Of a stretch of 64,000 bases of DNA, positions 1-9,744 are shown in pieces. Each line of letters begins with the position of its first letter. Positions within the stretch are counted from its first letter, which is position 1. Under the pieces are notes generated by a model. That model saw nothing but the letters and a program-made list of their open reading frames with translations. It did not search any database and was not told the DNA's origin. A program made the position numbers and the translations under genes. The stretch comes from Terriglobia bacterium (lineage in GTDB: Bacteria > Acidobacteriota > Terriglobia > Bryobacterales > Bryobacteraceae): positions 2,523 to 66,522 of the forward strand of contig CAWEKQ010000047.1 of NCBI GenBank assembly GCA_963809655.1. The letters are read 5' to 3'.

Positions 1-493
1 GCGGCCCATTCCCAGCAGCACTTCCATGCGCGTCAGGTTGCCGTCGTTGCGCGAAAATACGACGTCCGGCAGGGTCCACTGCGTGCCGTAGACAAGAGGT
101 ACGAAGTCGTTATAGCTCGCGGTGTTCTGCTGAACGGCGGACAGCTGCGTAATTGGCCTGGCCCGCGCCTCGCACAACGATAGTCGGCGGCACGAACTCG
201 ATCCCTCCGAAACGCGCCGTCGTGCGCCCGCTTGAGTCTGTGGTGAACATGCCCCGCTGTTCGCAATCCGAACGCGAGTAAGAACAGCTGGTGAACGGCA
301 CGGCGCCGTTCATGTTGCCGACGCCATTGACCTGATCGGGTGAATACCCGCAGCGATAGAACGGCGAATATTTTCCTTGCGCCGCGCCGCCATCGACTGC
401 CAGCAGGCGCTGCGCCGCGGTATTCGGAAACCGCCACGGGACACATTCGTTCCACGCGCACGTTTGGAAGCACGGTAACATACTATGTTTCAA
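1..493 (-). pseudogene. Cys-rich hypothetical protein; starts at 493, runs off the left edge, frame broken near 110
   Basis: ORF 110..493 (MKHSMLPCFQTCAWNEC...) stops at 110. A coding-looking frame (..YNDFVPLVYGTQWTLPDVVFSRNDGNLTRMEVLLGMG) continues to base 1 in another frame. No family recognised. Confidence 0.3.
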
Positions 494-506
494 TAACTTG
501 AAAAGT

Positions 507-534
507 ACTGTACGAAAAACTGTACGAAACTGTT
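507..534. repeat. Tandem 12-bp repeat ACTGTACGAAA(A/C), 2.3 copies, in AT-rich spacer
   Basis: Read directly: actgtacgaaaa (507-518), actgtacgaaac (519-530), tgtt. It sits just left of the IS1595 target duplication, so it was originally about 50 bp upstream of the integrase start now at 1588. Confidence 0.6.
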
Positions 535-543
535 AAAATAAAA

Positions 544-567
544 GGTGGGTATTCACTTGACTCAGGT
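544..567. repeat. Left terminal inverted repeat of the IS1595-family element
   Basis: ggtgggtattcacttgactcaggt is the exact reverse complement of 1554-1577. Confidence 0.95.
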
Positions 568-592
568 AGCCCCTACAGGTTGTGGTTCGACT

Positions 593-1537
593 TCAAAAGG
601 GCTGGGGCTGCGCGGCGGGTATGACGATGTTTTTGTAGGGTACCGGGTCGAGGGCGACGGCTTGCTGCACGAGCCGATAAAAGAGCTTTCCCCGGTTGGT
701 GGACCGGCGGCGGTTGAACCGGAAGGTGAACTCGTCCAGGTAATAGTCGAGGTGCTCGTGACTCACGGCTCCCTGGTGGGTACCCAACAGCCAGCGCTTG
801 AGTAACGACGCCACGCGATGGACTCGCGGCATCAACTCCGAGGCCATTTGCTTCTTCCCCTTCAGGTACGTGACCTCGTGATCATAGCCCGCAGCAGCCA
901 CAGGATCGTACCCAAGCCAGCCGTCGGTGTGGATGGTGCTTCCGGGTTCAACGGTATCCCTGATAAACGGCATCAGGCTTTGCGCCGAGGCGTCCAGGAT
1001 GCGTCGCATTCGGATCCGGCCAATCCCCGGCCCGTCCTCCTGAGCCGCGATGATAATCAGTGCCTTACGTCCTGTGTGGCGTCCACGCGTTCCCTCGTCC
1101 ACGCCGGCAGTGAAACTCTCGTCCACCTCGATCCGTCCTGTCAACCGATCCCGGTCTGGCCGAACCATGGCGCGGCGCGACTTGTGCAACCAGGTCCAGG
1201 CGGTCTTGTAGCTCTTCAGTTCGAGCACCCGCTGCAGACCCAGCGCACTGGCTCCGTTCTTCTGGGTGGTGACCCAGTACGTCGCGCGGAACCAATCGGT
1301 CAACGGCTTGCGCGTGTCCTGGAAGATCGTCCCGGCTGTCACTGAAGTCTGGCGGCCACACTTGCCGCACTCCAGCAGTACAGACCTCACCGGCCACCAG
1401 CGATCACCCGAACAGCGCGGGCATCGGAAGCCTTCCGGCCAGCGAAGCCGGAACAGATAGTCACGGCACGCCTGCTCAGTCGCGAACTGTTCTTCGAACT
1501 CCCGGAGGTTACAGGAAATTCCTCCATGGCCCGCCAT
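593..1537 (-). CDS. IS1595-family (ISXO2-like) transposase
   Basis: ORF 593..1579. The likely start is MAGHGG at 1537, because the upstream codons lie in the IR. N-terminal zinc ribbon CPRCSG..CGKCG, then TAGTIFQDTRKPL, IEVDESF and a DDE-type core typical of IS1595 transposases. Confidence 0.9.
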   Translation of the reverse strand: MAGHGGISCNLREFEEQFATEQACRDYLFRLRWPEGFRCPRCSGDRWWPVRSVLLECGKCGRQTSVTAGTIFQDTRKPLTDWFRATYWVTTQKNGASALGLQRVLELKSYKTAWTWLHKSRRAMVRPDRDRLTGRIEVDESFTAGVDEGTRGRHTGRKALIIIAAQEDGPGIGRIRMRRILDASAQSLMPFIRDTVEPGSTIHTDGWLGYDPVAAAGYDHEVTYLKGKKQMASELMPRVHRVASLLKRWLLGTHQGAVSHEHLDYYLDEFTFRFNRRRSTNRGKLFYRLVQQAVALDPVPYKNIVIPAAQPQPF

Positions 1538-1553
1538 ACTACAGATTGTGGCC

Positions 1554-1577
1554 ACCTGAGTCAAGTGAATACCCACC
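1554..1577. repeat. Right terminal inverted repeat of the IS1595-family element
   Basis: acctgagtcaagtgaatacccacc is the exact reverse complement of 544-567. Confidence 0.95.
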
Positions 1578-1587
1578 AAATAAAATT

Positions 1588-2349
1588 ATGCCTCTGAGTC
1601 TCTATCGCCGACACACAACCGCCTGTTCGGGGAAGTTGAATTTGAAGTCCGACCCGCAGAATTTCACTAAGTGCTCGTGCCCTGTCTACTGCTACCGGTT
1701 TGAGAATGGAGTCGAGACCAGACGCTCGATGAAGACTCGCGACTGGGGTCGCGCGGAGAAGCTTGTTGCTGTGCCCGATCACGTCATCGCGCCTGCGCTC
1801 AAGACGTTCGCAGACGCCCGCGACCTCTTCCTTGCCGACTGCGTCAGCCGCCATCTCGAAACGCGCACCATCGACAACTATCGGCGGGACTCTCAAGCAC
1901 CTCGTCGCCTTCTACGGCAAGGACCAACGGCTCGACCGGCTCTCGCTCGATTCGCTCGGTGAATTCCGCAGCCAACTGCGCGGCAGGAAAGGCAAGCCTC
2001 TGACTTCGCGCGGTGCGACAAAGGTGCTCAAGAATCTGCGACTCTTCTGCGGCTTCTGCCTCGATCACGAGTGGATCAAATCGAATCCCGCGAAGAAACT
2101 CAAGCCGCCGAAGGACGACGGGAGCTACACGCGCCCCTCGAACCGGCCGAGGTCGAAGCGATCCTAAAGGCCGCGACCAATCCGGTCGACTACGCGTTGA
2201 TTTGTGTCCTGTTATTCACCGGCTTCAGAATCGGCGACGGCTCGATGCTGCGGCGTGATCAGGTCGATTTCACTACCGGCACGGTTATGTTCCGCATCCA
2301 GAAGACACGAAAGACGAGCTACATGAAACTCCAGCCGCCACTGGAATGA
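1588..2349 (+). pseudogene. Tyrosine recombinase/phage-type integrase, two frameshifts, lacks the C-terminal catalytic half
   Basis: Fragments 1546..1962, 1763..2167 and 2071..2349 join as MPLSLYRRH...RHLETRTIDNY / TLKHLVAFYGKD...KKLKPPKDD / ELHAPLEPAEVEAILKA...LLFTGFRIGD. Only the first catalytic Arg box is present. No HxxR or Tyr region before the stop at 2349. Confidence 0.75.
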
Positions 2350-3524
2350 AGCCTCCGCCTCATCCTCTCGAAGAAGCGCTCCAGGCGCGTGTGCGGCTGC
2401 TTGCCACCACACTGCGGCCCTCCACCCTGCGGCATTACGAACACACCGCTGCGCTCTTCATGGCCTGGCTGCGCGAATCCTTCCCGGAGGTGCGGCGCGC
2501 CGATCGGCTGCGGCGCGATCCGCATGTGCTCGGCTGGCTGGAACACTTATGGATGCGTCGTGTGGGTCGTTCCGGCAGGCCCCTGTGTAATGACACGCGC
2601 GGCGCACATCTGATCCGCCTGCGTAAACTGTTCGACCTGCTCGCCGATCATGCGCACCCGCCCCGGCCCGGCTTGCTGTTAAGCGAAGATATTCCGCGGC
2701 CCGACCAGGTGCTGCCGCGGCCCCTGACTCCCGAAGACGACGATCGCCTGCAGACGGAACTGCGGCACGGCACGGATCTATTTTCCAGTGCTCTGCTGCT
2801 GACGCGATTGACCGGCATGCGCATCGGCGAAACCGTCGATCTCGCCGCCGATTGTCTCCGCCATCTCGGCGGCGATGACTGGGCTCTGCACGTGCCTGTC
2901 GGCAAACTTCACAACGACCGCTGGACTCCCGTCAATGGCGAAGTGCGCGAACTGATTGCGCGCCTGCGCTTCCTCGCCACTCTGTCGCCTGCCGCGGATA
3001 ATCGCTTTCTGCTGCCTCACCGCGCCAGCCGTGTCGCTCTTTGCCAGGACCTGCGCAGGGCGCTTACACAGGCTGCATCCCGCGCCGGTATCGCCGCCCA
3101 TATCGTTCCCCACCAGCTTCGGCACACTTACGCAACGACCATGCTGCGCGCCGGCGTCAGCCTCCCCGCGCTCATGAAACTGCTCGGGCACCGTAGCGCC
3201 AACATGACGCTGCGCTACGTCGAGGTCACGCAGAAAGACCTGCAGCGCGAGTTTCACCGGGCACAGCAGAATCCACGCCACCTGATCCCCACCCCCGCTC
3301 CTCTGGCAACTACCGATCCCGATCCTGCCGACGCTCCCGCCATCGTCGAACGCTTATCGGGCGCCATCCGCGTCCTCGACCTCTTTCGCCAGCAGCACGG
3401 CTCGGGCATTGACAAGCCAATCCAGCTTCTGCTGCGACGTCTTGTCCGCGTCCGTTCCGCCCTCCAAAAACTCATTCTTGCTACCAACACCCAAAAAATA
3501 GGCTCGGATTGGCCGGATAAGTGA
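2346..3524 (+). CDS. Tyrosine recombinase (XerC/D-like integrase), intact
   Basis: 392-aa ORF with LTGMRIGE (Arg I), HQLRHTYAT (HxxR) and LLGHRSANMTLRYVEV (catalytic Tyr). Its ATG overlaps the stop of the decayed integrase (ATGA at 2346-2349). Confidence 0.9.
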   Translation: MKPPPHPLEEALQARVRLLATTLRPSTLRHYEHTAALFMAWLRESFPEVRRADRLRRDPHVLGWLEHLWMRRVGRSGRPLCNDTRGAHLIRLRKLFDLLADHAHPPRPGLLLSEDIPRPDQVLPRPLTPEDDDRLQTELRHGTDLFSSALLLTRLTGMRIGETVDLAADCLRHLGGDDWALHVPVGKLHNDRWTPVNGEVRELIARLRFLATLSPAADNRFLLPHRASRVALCQDLRRALTQAASRAGIAAHIVPHQLRHTYATTMLRAGVSLPALMKLLGHRSANMTLRYVEVTQKDLQREFHRAQQNPRHLIPTPAPLATTDPDPADAPAIVERLSGAIRVLDLFRQQHGSGIDKPIQLLLRRLVRVRSALQKLILATNTQKIGSDWPDK

Positions 3525-3647
3525 CCACCCACGGTTATGCTGTGCTTTGGCCATAACGACGGATGAAAACGAGCTTCGATAGCGGCCCGTTTGTGAATCT
3601 GGCCGGGCGCTTGTCTGGCCCAACGCAGTTTTGCCTTTCGTCGCAAG

Positions 3648-4685
3648 GTGGGAGAGCGCGAGAAGGAATGTACGGTAGACTATGGCTTGAAATCCTCGAC
3701 ATCCCAAGCCGATCCGATGCAAGCCGAATGGCCCGTCTGGAGTTGTCCGGAGCATATGGAAACTCTGACCACACAGGCAGAGCAGTTGGTGTGCCCGAAG
3801 GGCCATCATTTCGATATCGTCCGCGGCGTTCCGCGTTTTGTAGCCGGCTCGACTTATGCCGATCACTTCGGAGCACAATGGAACAGGTTCCGGAAAACGC
3901 AGCTCGATTCGTATTCGGGCTCGCCCATAACCAGGGACCGGCTTCGCCGCTGCTGCGGAGAGGATCTATGGAACAACCTGGCGGGGAAACAGATTCTCGA
4001 ATGCGGCTGCGGAGCGGGTCGCTTTACAGAAATATTGCTCGACAGGGGAGCAAGCGTAACCTCTGTCGATCTTAGCGGAGCCGTCGAGGCGAACGCCGCG
4101 CAGTTTCCGCCCGGCCCGGCTCACAGAATTGCGCAGGCCGACATCGGCAAATTGCCGTTTGTCCCGGGATCTTTCGACGTGGTTGTTTGCCTGGGGGTGG
4201 TGCAGCATACACCGGACTCTGAACGGACAATCGCAAATTTGTACGCTCAGGTGGCTCCTGGCGGGACGCTGATCGTGGATCACTACGCACTCACCCTGAG
4301 CTGGTATCTCAAGACAGCACCGGTATTTCGGGCCTTCATGTCGCGCATGAAACCGGGCGCAGCTCTGGGGCTCAGCGAATCGCTGGTGAATACATTCCTG
4401 CCGTTACACAAAATGGTCAGGAATGTTCCCGTTGTACGCTCTCTGGTCCATCGTATTTCGCCCGTGATGTCCTACTACACGATCTACCCGGAATTCAGCG
4501 ACCAGATGCAGCACGAATGGGCAACGCTCGATACCCATGACAGTCTGACGGATCGATTTAAGCATTCGCGAAACCAGCGGCAGATCACCGAGGCGTTTCA
4601 GTCGCTCGGCATGACGGATATCTGGTGCGAGAGGGGCGGCAACGGCATTGAGGCGCGGGGGGCGCCGGCCTCGGTAGAATACTGA
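3648..4685 (+). CDS. Class I SAM-dependent methyltransferase with N-terminal Cys/His motif
   Basis: ILECGCGAGRFTEILL (motif I) and DVVVCLGVVQH. The N-terminus has CPEH..CPKGHHFDIVRGVPRF, a Trm112-like zinc-ribbon look. The start could instead be MQAEW near 3717. Confidence 0.8.
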   Translation: MGEREKECTVDYGLKSSTSQADPMQAEWPVWSCPEHMETLTTQAEQLVCPKGHHFDIVRGVPRFVAGSTYADHFGAQWNRFRKTQLDSYSGSPITRDRLRRCCGEDLWNNLAGKQILECGCGAGRFTEILLDRGASVTSVDLSGAVEANAAQFPPGPAHRIAQADIGKLPFVPGSFDVVVCLGVVQHTPDSERTIANLYAQVAPGGTLIVDHYALTLSWYLKTAPVFRAFMSRMKPGAALGLSESLVNTFLPLHKMVRNVPVVRSLVHRISPVMSYYTIYPEFSDQMQHEWATLDTHDSLTDRFKHSRNQRQITEAFQSLGMTDIWCERGGNGIEARGAPASVEY

Positions 4686-5849
4686 TCAGAGATTGGAACG
4701 AAAAAGCGTCTCGTAGCGCTCGACTATCCTTGCGGTGGAATAGTTATCCAGCACCCGCTGACGCGCCGCAACACCCATCCGCCGGCGGAGGTCACCATCG
4801 CGGAACAGCGTCAGAAAGGCCCGCCCGATCGCTTCCTCTTCGTCAAAAGGGACAGATAGACCGTGGACACCTTCGTCAACCAGCTGCAGGTTAGCGGGAA
4901 TGTCGCTCACCACCGAAGGAAGACCAGCCGCCATTGCTTCGACGAGCGCGCACGGAAATCCTTCGTTGGGCGAGGTAAGCGAAAACACATCGCTCGCACG
5001 TAACCAGAACGGTATCTCCGACGCAGGAACCGGACCGACGAATCGAACCTGCCGCGGCGCCACTCCGCGTTCGGCCACCAATTGGCGGAGTTCCTCCAGC
5101 ATGGCGCCACCGCCCACCAGCACGAGTACTGACTCCGGCTCGGCTAATGCCGCGTGCGCGAATCCACCGATCAGTCCGCGAATCCCTTTCTCCTGCGAGA
5201 GCCGCCCCACGTAAATCGCAACCTTCGCATCGACCGGGATTCCATGATTTTCACGCCATTCCTCGGCTTCTCCTGGCAAAGCAGGCCGGAACTCGTCGGG
5301 GTCGACGGGGTTCGGCATCCACACAAGTTGATCGCGTGTGAAGCCGTCGGCCAGCGCCTCCTGCACCATTCCTTCATTCAGGATCATCACAGGCACGCGC
5401 CATTTCTGCATCCAGTCCAGTTCCAGGCGGCCCGCCCTCGACCTTCGCATCAAGGGAATCAAATTGCTCCCGGAAATCTTCACAAGCACCGGTTTCTTCA
5501 GAAAATGAGCCAGTGGCAGGCCTCCCGCAAGGTGCAGACCCTGCATCAGGAAGTAGACGACATCGTAGCTCCCGCGCAGTTTCCAGATCGCGCTCGCAAC
5601 CTCCCACGTAAAGGCCAGATCTTTCCATCGACCCCGCGAACGCCGCGTCAGAATAGAGACTGGCACTCCGGCTGGATCGACCCAGTCTCTGACAGGCGGC
5701 ATCGGCGGCCCTCCGGAGCACAGTACCCGAACCTGATGACCACTCCTGATCATCGCCGCGCTCACTCTTTGGGCTTCGATCTCCGAGCCGCCCAGCACGG
5801 GTGGGTAGGAGGCGCAAATCAGCAAGACGCGAATCGGTTTCGCAACCAT
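4686..5849 (-). CDS. Glycosyltransferase family 4 (GT-B)
   Basis: ORF 4686..6353. The plausible start is MVAKPIRVLLICASYPPVLGGSE at 5849. C-terminal SPNEGFPCALVEAMAAGLPSVVSDIP..VDEGVHGL is the GT4 E-x7-E region. Confidence 0.85.
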   Translation of the reverse strand: MVAKPIRVLLICASYPPVLGGSEIEAQRVSAAMIRSGHQVRVLCSGGPPMPPVRDWVDPAGVPVSILTRRSRGRWKDLAFTWEVASAIWKLRGSYDVVYFLMQGLHLAGGLPLAHFLKKPVLVKISGSNLIPLMRRSRAGRLELDWMQKWRVPVMILNEGMVQEALADGFTRDQLVWMPNPVDPDEFRPALPGEAEEWRENHGIPVDAKVAIYVGRLSQEKGIRGLIGGFAHAALAEPESVLVLVGGGAMLEELRQLVAERGVAPRQVRFVGPVPASEIPFWLRASDVFSLTSPNEGFPCALVEAMAAGLPSVVSDIPANLQLVDEGVHGLSVPFDEEEAIGRAFLTLFRDGDLRRRMGVAARQRVLDNYSTARIVERYETLFRSNL

Positions 5850-5981
5850 CGATCGTTTATCCCCGCCTCTGCGGAGACGAGGCGCCCGCACATCCGGTGC
5901 AGCTCGCCAGAAAAGCGATTGGAAAGCTGTGGCGGCGGCTGGAACGTCGCGCGCCGCGGGGTTCGCAAGATCAACGGAAGC

Positions 5982-6712
5982 GTGTCGTTCAAACCTGAGA
6001 GGTTGAGTTTCCTCGACGACGACGATCTCCGCGCTATGCTGACCGGGTCGTACGATATCATCCTGTGCGACTACCTGAAAAAGCACGTGAAAGCGGGAGA
6101 CATCGTTCTCGATGTGGGAGCGAACGTGGGCTACATCTCGGCCGTAGCGGCTTCCTTCGCCGGTCCGGCGGGCGAAGTACACGGGTTCGAGCCTCTCGCG
6201 GAGTGCTATGCCCGTCTCAGATCGGCTCCGCGAATTAAATCCGGAATACCGTTTCACCTTCAATAACATTGCGCTGGGAGAGACAGACGGGTTCCTGCCG
6301 ATCGCCTTCAATCCGGACGGCGATTCCCGAAATGCAACTCTGGTGCCGGGCAAGCACTATCCGCAAACCCGCCAGGTACGGGTACGAAGGCTTGATGACT
6401 ATATCGCCGAGACCATCACGTCGCCGCACGCATCAGCTGATCAAGATCGACGTCGAAGGTTTCGAGTTCTCCGTATTAAAAGGGCTCAGCCGCTTTCTGG
6501 CCGAGTTCAAGCCTGTGATCGTTAGCGAAATTAAACCCTGGGAATCGCGTAACCTGAGAGCAACTCTCGATGATTTTGCCAAGTCTATCGGGATGGGTTT
6601 TTCGACGCATTATCAGCCGACAAGAAACACCGGTGGAATTCGAGTGCCTTTGCCGATATGGAAGTGGTTGTATTCCGGGTATGATCCGGAGCGTAGAATT
6701 ACGCGGCCGTAG
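5982..6712 (+). pseudogene. FkbM-family methyltransferase, two frameshifts
   Basis: Three frames join: ..DIVLDVGANVGYISAVAASFAGPAGEVHGFEPL.. (tail of ORF 5154..6266), ..FNNIALGETDGFLPIAF..VRVRRLDDYI (6208..6525) and ..LIKIDVEGFEFSVLKGL..FKPVIVSEI (6269..6712). The start lies somewhere in 5982-6036. Confidence 0.75.
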
Positions 6713-7868
6713 ATTCGCGGCTCAGGGCCTTTTCGACCATTCGCACAAATCGGTCGACATAAATTCCCTCATTAAACTCCGAGTGGGCCATTTCGTATCC
6801 ACGCTTCCCCATTCTTTCACTCAGATTCGGGTCCGAAAGAAGCTGCCGAATCCTCGCTTCAAGCGCGTTCACATCGCCCACCGGGAACAGGAATCCGTTC
6901 TCCCCATGGCGAATCAGCGAGGGAATGCCGCCAATGTCGGAGCCTACTACGGGTATGCCGGCCGCCATGGCTTCGAGCAACACCCTGCCCATTCCTTCAC
7001 AGCGGGAAGGAAGCACCAGCATCGAGGCCCGGCTGATAATGCCGAGGCTCTCTTTGTAGTGTTTGGCAGGAAGGATTTCAATCCGTTCGGCGCCCTCGGT
7101 CAACGCTTCCAGTTGGCTTCGATCCGGAAAATGTCCCATGATCTTCAGCCGGACCTCGGGAAAGTCAGGCGCCAGCCGACGGAACGCCTCCACGAGGAGG
7201 TCTGCGCCCTTGAGATACCAGGGGGCGCCCATCAATAAAATGTAGCGGTCGCCGCCGCTCTGGTGGCACGGGACTACGGAAACCGGCACGAACTCATGGA
7301 AGACCGCATGCCGCGTATTGCGCAGAAGCGGATAAGCGTCAAGCGCCCCGGCGTAAAGCAGATGAACACAGTCACAAGCCCACATACTGACGTGCAGGCA
7401 AAGATCGGAGTAGAATCGCCTCAACCGATCGGCCAAGGTGGGATGGGGCCGATCGTTCAAATACGTACGGTCGGGCGAGGTGGCGATCTCCACTACCAGC
7501 TTCGCGCCAGTCAGCAACTTGATGACGACTCCGCACAATGCCGGGGTCAGGTGCGAGTATGTCATGACGCAATCGATGGGCTTCTCCCGATGCGCCTTCA
7601 ACCCCTCCGAGATGTAAAACCAATAAGTGTGGAGAGCGCGGCGAAGCCCCGTCCAGCGCCATGAAAGGAGCCACCTGTATTGAAAACGCCCCCGTCTATA
7701 CAGTGGCCAGGAGCCTGGTCCAAAGGTCTTTTCGGCCTGTTCCACTTTGTCGTACCAGACAGGTTGCAGCACTTCCCCTTCAAGTCTGTCCGAGAGCAGA
7801 AGAAAACGGTCGGTGCCGCTATCCACAGGAGGCGGGACTGGGCTGGTCTGAATATAGAGTAATCGCAT
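6699..7868 (-). CDS. Glycosyltransferase family 4 (GT-B)
   Basis: ORF 6699..7934, likely start MRLLYIQTSP at 7868. PSRCEGMGRVLLEAMAAGIPVVGSDIGGIPSLIRHGENGFL motif. Confidence 0.85.
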   Translation of the reverse strand: MRLLYIQTSPVPPPVDSGTDRFLLLSDRLEGEVLQPVWYDKVEQAEKTFGPGSWPLYRRGRFQYRWLLSWRWTGLRRALHTYWFYISEGLKAHREKPIDCVMTYSHLTPALCGVVIKLLTGAKLVVEIATSPDRTYLNDRPHPTLADRLRRFYSDLCLHVSMWACDCVHLLYAGALDAYPLLRNTRHAVFHEFVPVSVVPCHQSGGDRYILLMGAPWYLKGADLLVEAFRRLAPDFPEVRLKIMGHFPDRSQLEALTEGAERIEILPAKHYKESLGIISRASMLVLPSRCEGMGRVLLEAMAAGIPVVGSDIGGIPSLIRHGENGFLFPVGDVNALEARIRQLLSDPNLSERMGKRGYEMAHSEFNEGIYVDRFVRMVEKALSRESTAA

Positions 7869-7958
7869 TGCGCCGGATGCCAGGGCGGAAGTGTGTTTTG
7901 CTATGATACACGGAACCTCGGCGAACGACCGCAACTGCGCCGCCGCCGGTCTTCCTCA

Positions 7959-8810
7959 ATGATTCGCAATTACCTTCGCCGCATCTACCGCACCGCGCTC
8001 CCGCTGTTGTACGCTCGCAAACATTTCAAATTGTTTCTTAAGGCGTCGCTCGGAGATATTCAAATGCGCATGACCGCTCTGGCGTCTCAAACGGACTACT
8101 TCTCAGATTTTATCCGACCCATTCGTGTTCGCGCGCCATTTGGCAAGTCCGTGCTTGTGGTCGCGCCGCATCAGGACGATGAAGCGATCGGCGTCGGTGG
8201 GTCTCTCGCTCTGCAGGCGCGCAGTGGCGGTCCTGCCGCAATCGTGATCCTGCAGGACGGAGGCGATGAACACGAGAGCTTTGGCATAACACGTGTTGCG
8301 CTGCGGGAGATCCGCAACGCGGAATCGCGGGCTTGCGCAGCCTTGCTCGACCTCGATCCGCCGATCTTTCTGAACCACGTGCAACTGGACGGCGAAATGC
8401 CGGTAGCCGTAGAGGAGGTAAGGAAACTTCTTCGCGAACGCAGGGTAGACGCCGTTTTTGTGCCGTTCGTTCTGGATGGCCATCCCGACCACCGCGCTGC
8501 CAATTACATAGTGGCCACGGCTCTCAAAGAAATTCCGTGGAATGTCCGCGTCCTCGGCTACGAGGTGTGGGGGCTTTGTGTCCCCAACGTGCTGGTGGTA
8601 ATCGACGACGTAATTGAAGACAAGCTCCGCATGATTTCCTGTTTCGAAACAGCGAACAAGGCCGTAGATTATGTATCGAGCACGAAAGGCTTGAACATGT
8701 ATCACTCGCGGATGCTGGGAGCCGGCGAGTGTTCGTATGCGGAGCGGTTCTTCGAGCTTCCCCGCGAAGAATACATTGCTCTGGTAGAGCGCGTGCGCGA
8801 GGCGGAGTAG
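7959..8810 (+). CDS. PIG-L/LmbE-family deacetylase
   Basis: ORF 7893..8810, likely start MIRNYL at 7959. VLVVAPHQDDEAIGVGG and HPDHRAA zinc-binding motifs. Ends with TAG. Confidence 0.85.
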   Translation: MIRNYLRRIYRTALPLLYARKHFKLFLKASLGDIQMRMTALASQTDYFSDFIRPIRVRAPFGKSVLVVAPHQDDEAIGVGGSLALQARSGGPAAIVILQDGGDEHESFGITRVALREIRNAESRACAALLDLDPPIFLNHVQLDGEMPVAVEEVRKLLRERRVDAVFVPFVLDGHPDHRAANYIVATALKEIPWNVRVLGYEVWGLCVPNVLVVIDDVIEDKLRMISCFETANKAVDYVSSTKGLNMYHSRMLGAGECSYAERFFELPREEYIALVERVREAE

Positions 8811-8835
8811 ATTCGGACGCCGATGTTATCTTCTA

Positions 8836-9606
8836 ATGGTGGAGTCATCTTCGCGGCCTGAACCGCGGCAGGAAGCGCCCGATAATCGCGACCTGCACAC
8901 CCGGACCGCGCACTCGCTGCGATATCGCCTGACCCGGGATGTAAAACTAGCCCTCGTAGCTTCCCGGTTCCGCTTTCCGCGAAAGTTGGGCGCGTTGCAC
9001 CAACTCTTCCAGATGCAGGAGTTTGTGCATTCGTCGGGCATGATTTCCAGCCCCTCCTTCGAACACCGGAGCCAGCTTTACGAATTCGTGTGCGGCCAGT
9101 TGATTGGACCAGACCCGATTGATTTTCTGGAGTTCGGCGTCTTCAAAGGCGCGTCCGTCCGTCAATGGTTGAAATTGAACCAGCACTCCGAATCGCGCTT
9201 CTACGGCTTCGATACGTTTGAGGGGTTGCCGGAAACCTGGGAGGGCTCTTACGAAAAAGGCTACTTTTCCACCGGCGGTACTTTCCCCGACATCGACGAC
9301 GCCCGAGTGACTTTTATCAAAGGACTCTTTCAGGACAGCCTGGGCCGCTTCCTGCGGAATTACGAGCCCCGCAACCGGATGGTCCTGCATCTCGACGCGG
9401 ACCTCTACACCTCTACGCTGTACGTGATGGCGACACTCAACGAAATGATGAAGCCCGGCACCATTATTATTTTCGACGAGTTCGGAAATGTGAACGACGA
9501 GTTCCGAGCTTGTATGGATTATATGGCGTCGTTCCGGCGAAAACTCAAGCCGGCGGCCTGGGCGGAAGGATTTTATGGCGTCGCGGCTTTTGTCGTGGAA
9601 AGCTGA
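8836..9606 (+). CDS. TylF/MycF-like class I SAM-dependent methyltransferase
   Basis: FLEFGVFKGASV, FYGFDTFEGLPE and LHLDADLYTSTLYVM..GTIIIFDEF match the macrocin-O-methyltransferase-type layout. The exact start is uncertain. Confidence 0.75.
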   Translation: MVESSSRPEPRQEAPDNRDLHTRTAHSLRYRLTRDVKLALVASRFRFPRKLGALHQLFQMQEFVHSSGMISSPSFEHRSQLYEFVCGQLIGPDPIDFLEFGVFKGASVRQWLKLNQHSESRFYGFDTFEGLPETWEGSYEKGYFSTGGTFPDIDDARVTFIKGLFQDSLGRFLRNYEPRNRMVLHLDADLYTSTLYVMATLNEMMKPGTIIIFDEFGNVNDEFRACMDYMASFRRKLKPAAWAEGFYGVAAFVVES

Positions 9607-9744
9607 TCGATGCGTGTTTTCGGCCGCGCGGTCCGGAGTGAACTTAGTATATATGCCTGCTATGGCACACTGTTGAATGTGGCCGAATGGGAAACGGGTT
9701 CGATCATGCGCGGTGATGTCCCGAACCGTTGAGGACGCCCGCTC

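Larger units (their letters stand above)
544..1577 (-). mobile_element. IS1595-family insertion sequence, complete copy
   Basis: Perfect 24-bp terminal inverted repeats (544-567, 1554-1577). They are flanked by an 8-bp direct duplication AAATAAAA (536-543 and 1578-1585). One transposase gene lies inside. Confidence 0.92.

Noticed and set aside
1588-3524. Recombinase-in-trio (RIT) element as an explanation for the adjacent integrases.
   Set aside because: Only two recombinase genes are present, one truncated, and no third gene or RIT-type inverted ends were seen.
5154-5980. First 275 codons of the 370-aa plus-strand ORF 5154..6266, antisense to the GT4 gene.
   Set aside because: Arg/Pro/His-rich with no motifs, and fully overlapped by a convincing GT4 gene on the other strand. 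Only the last about 95 codons (FkbM-type) are credible.
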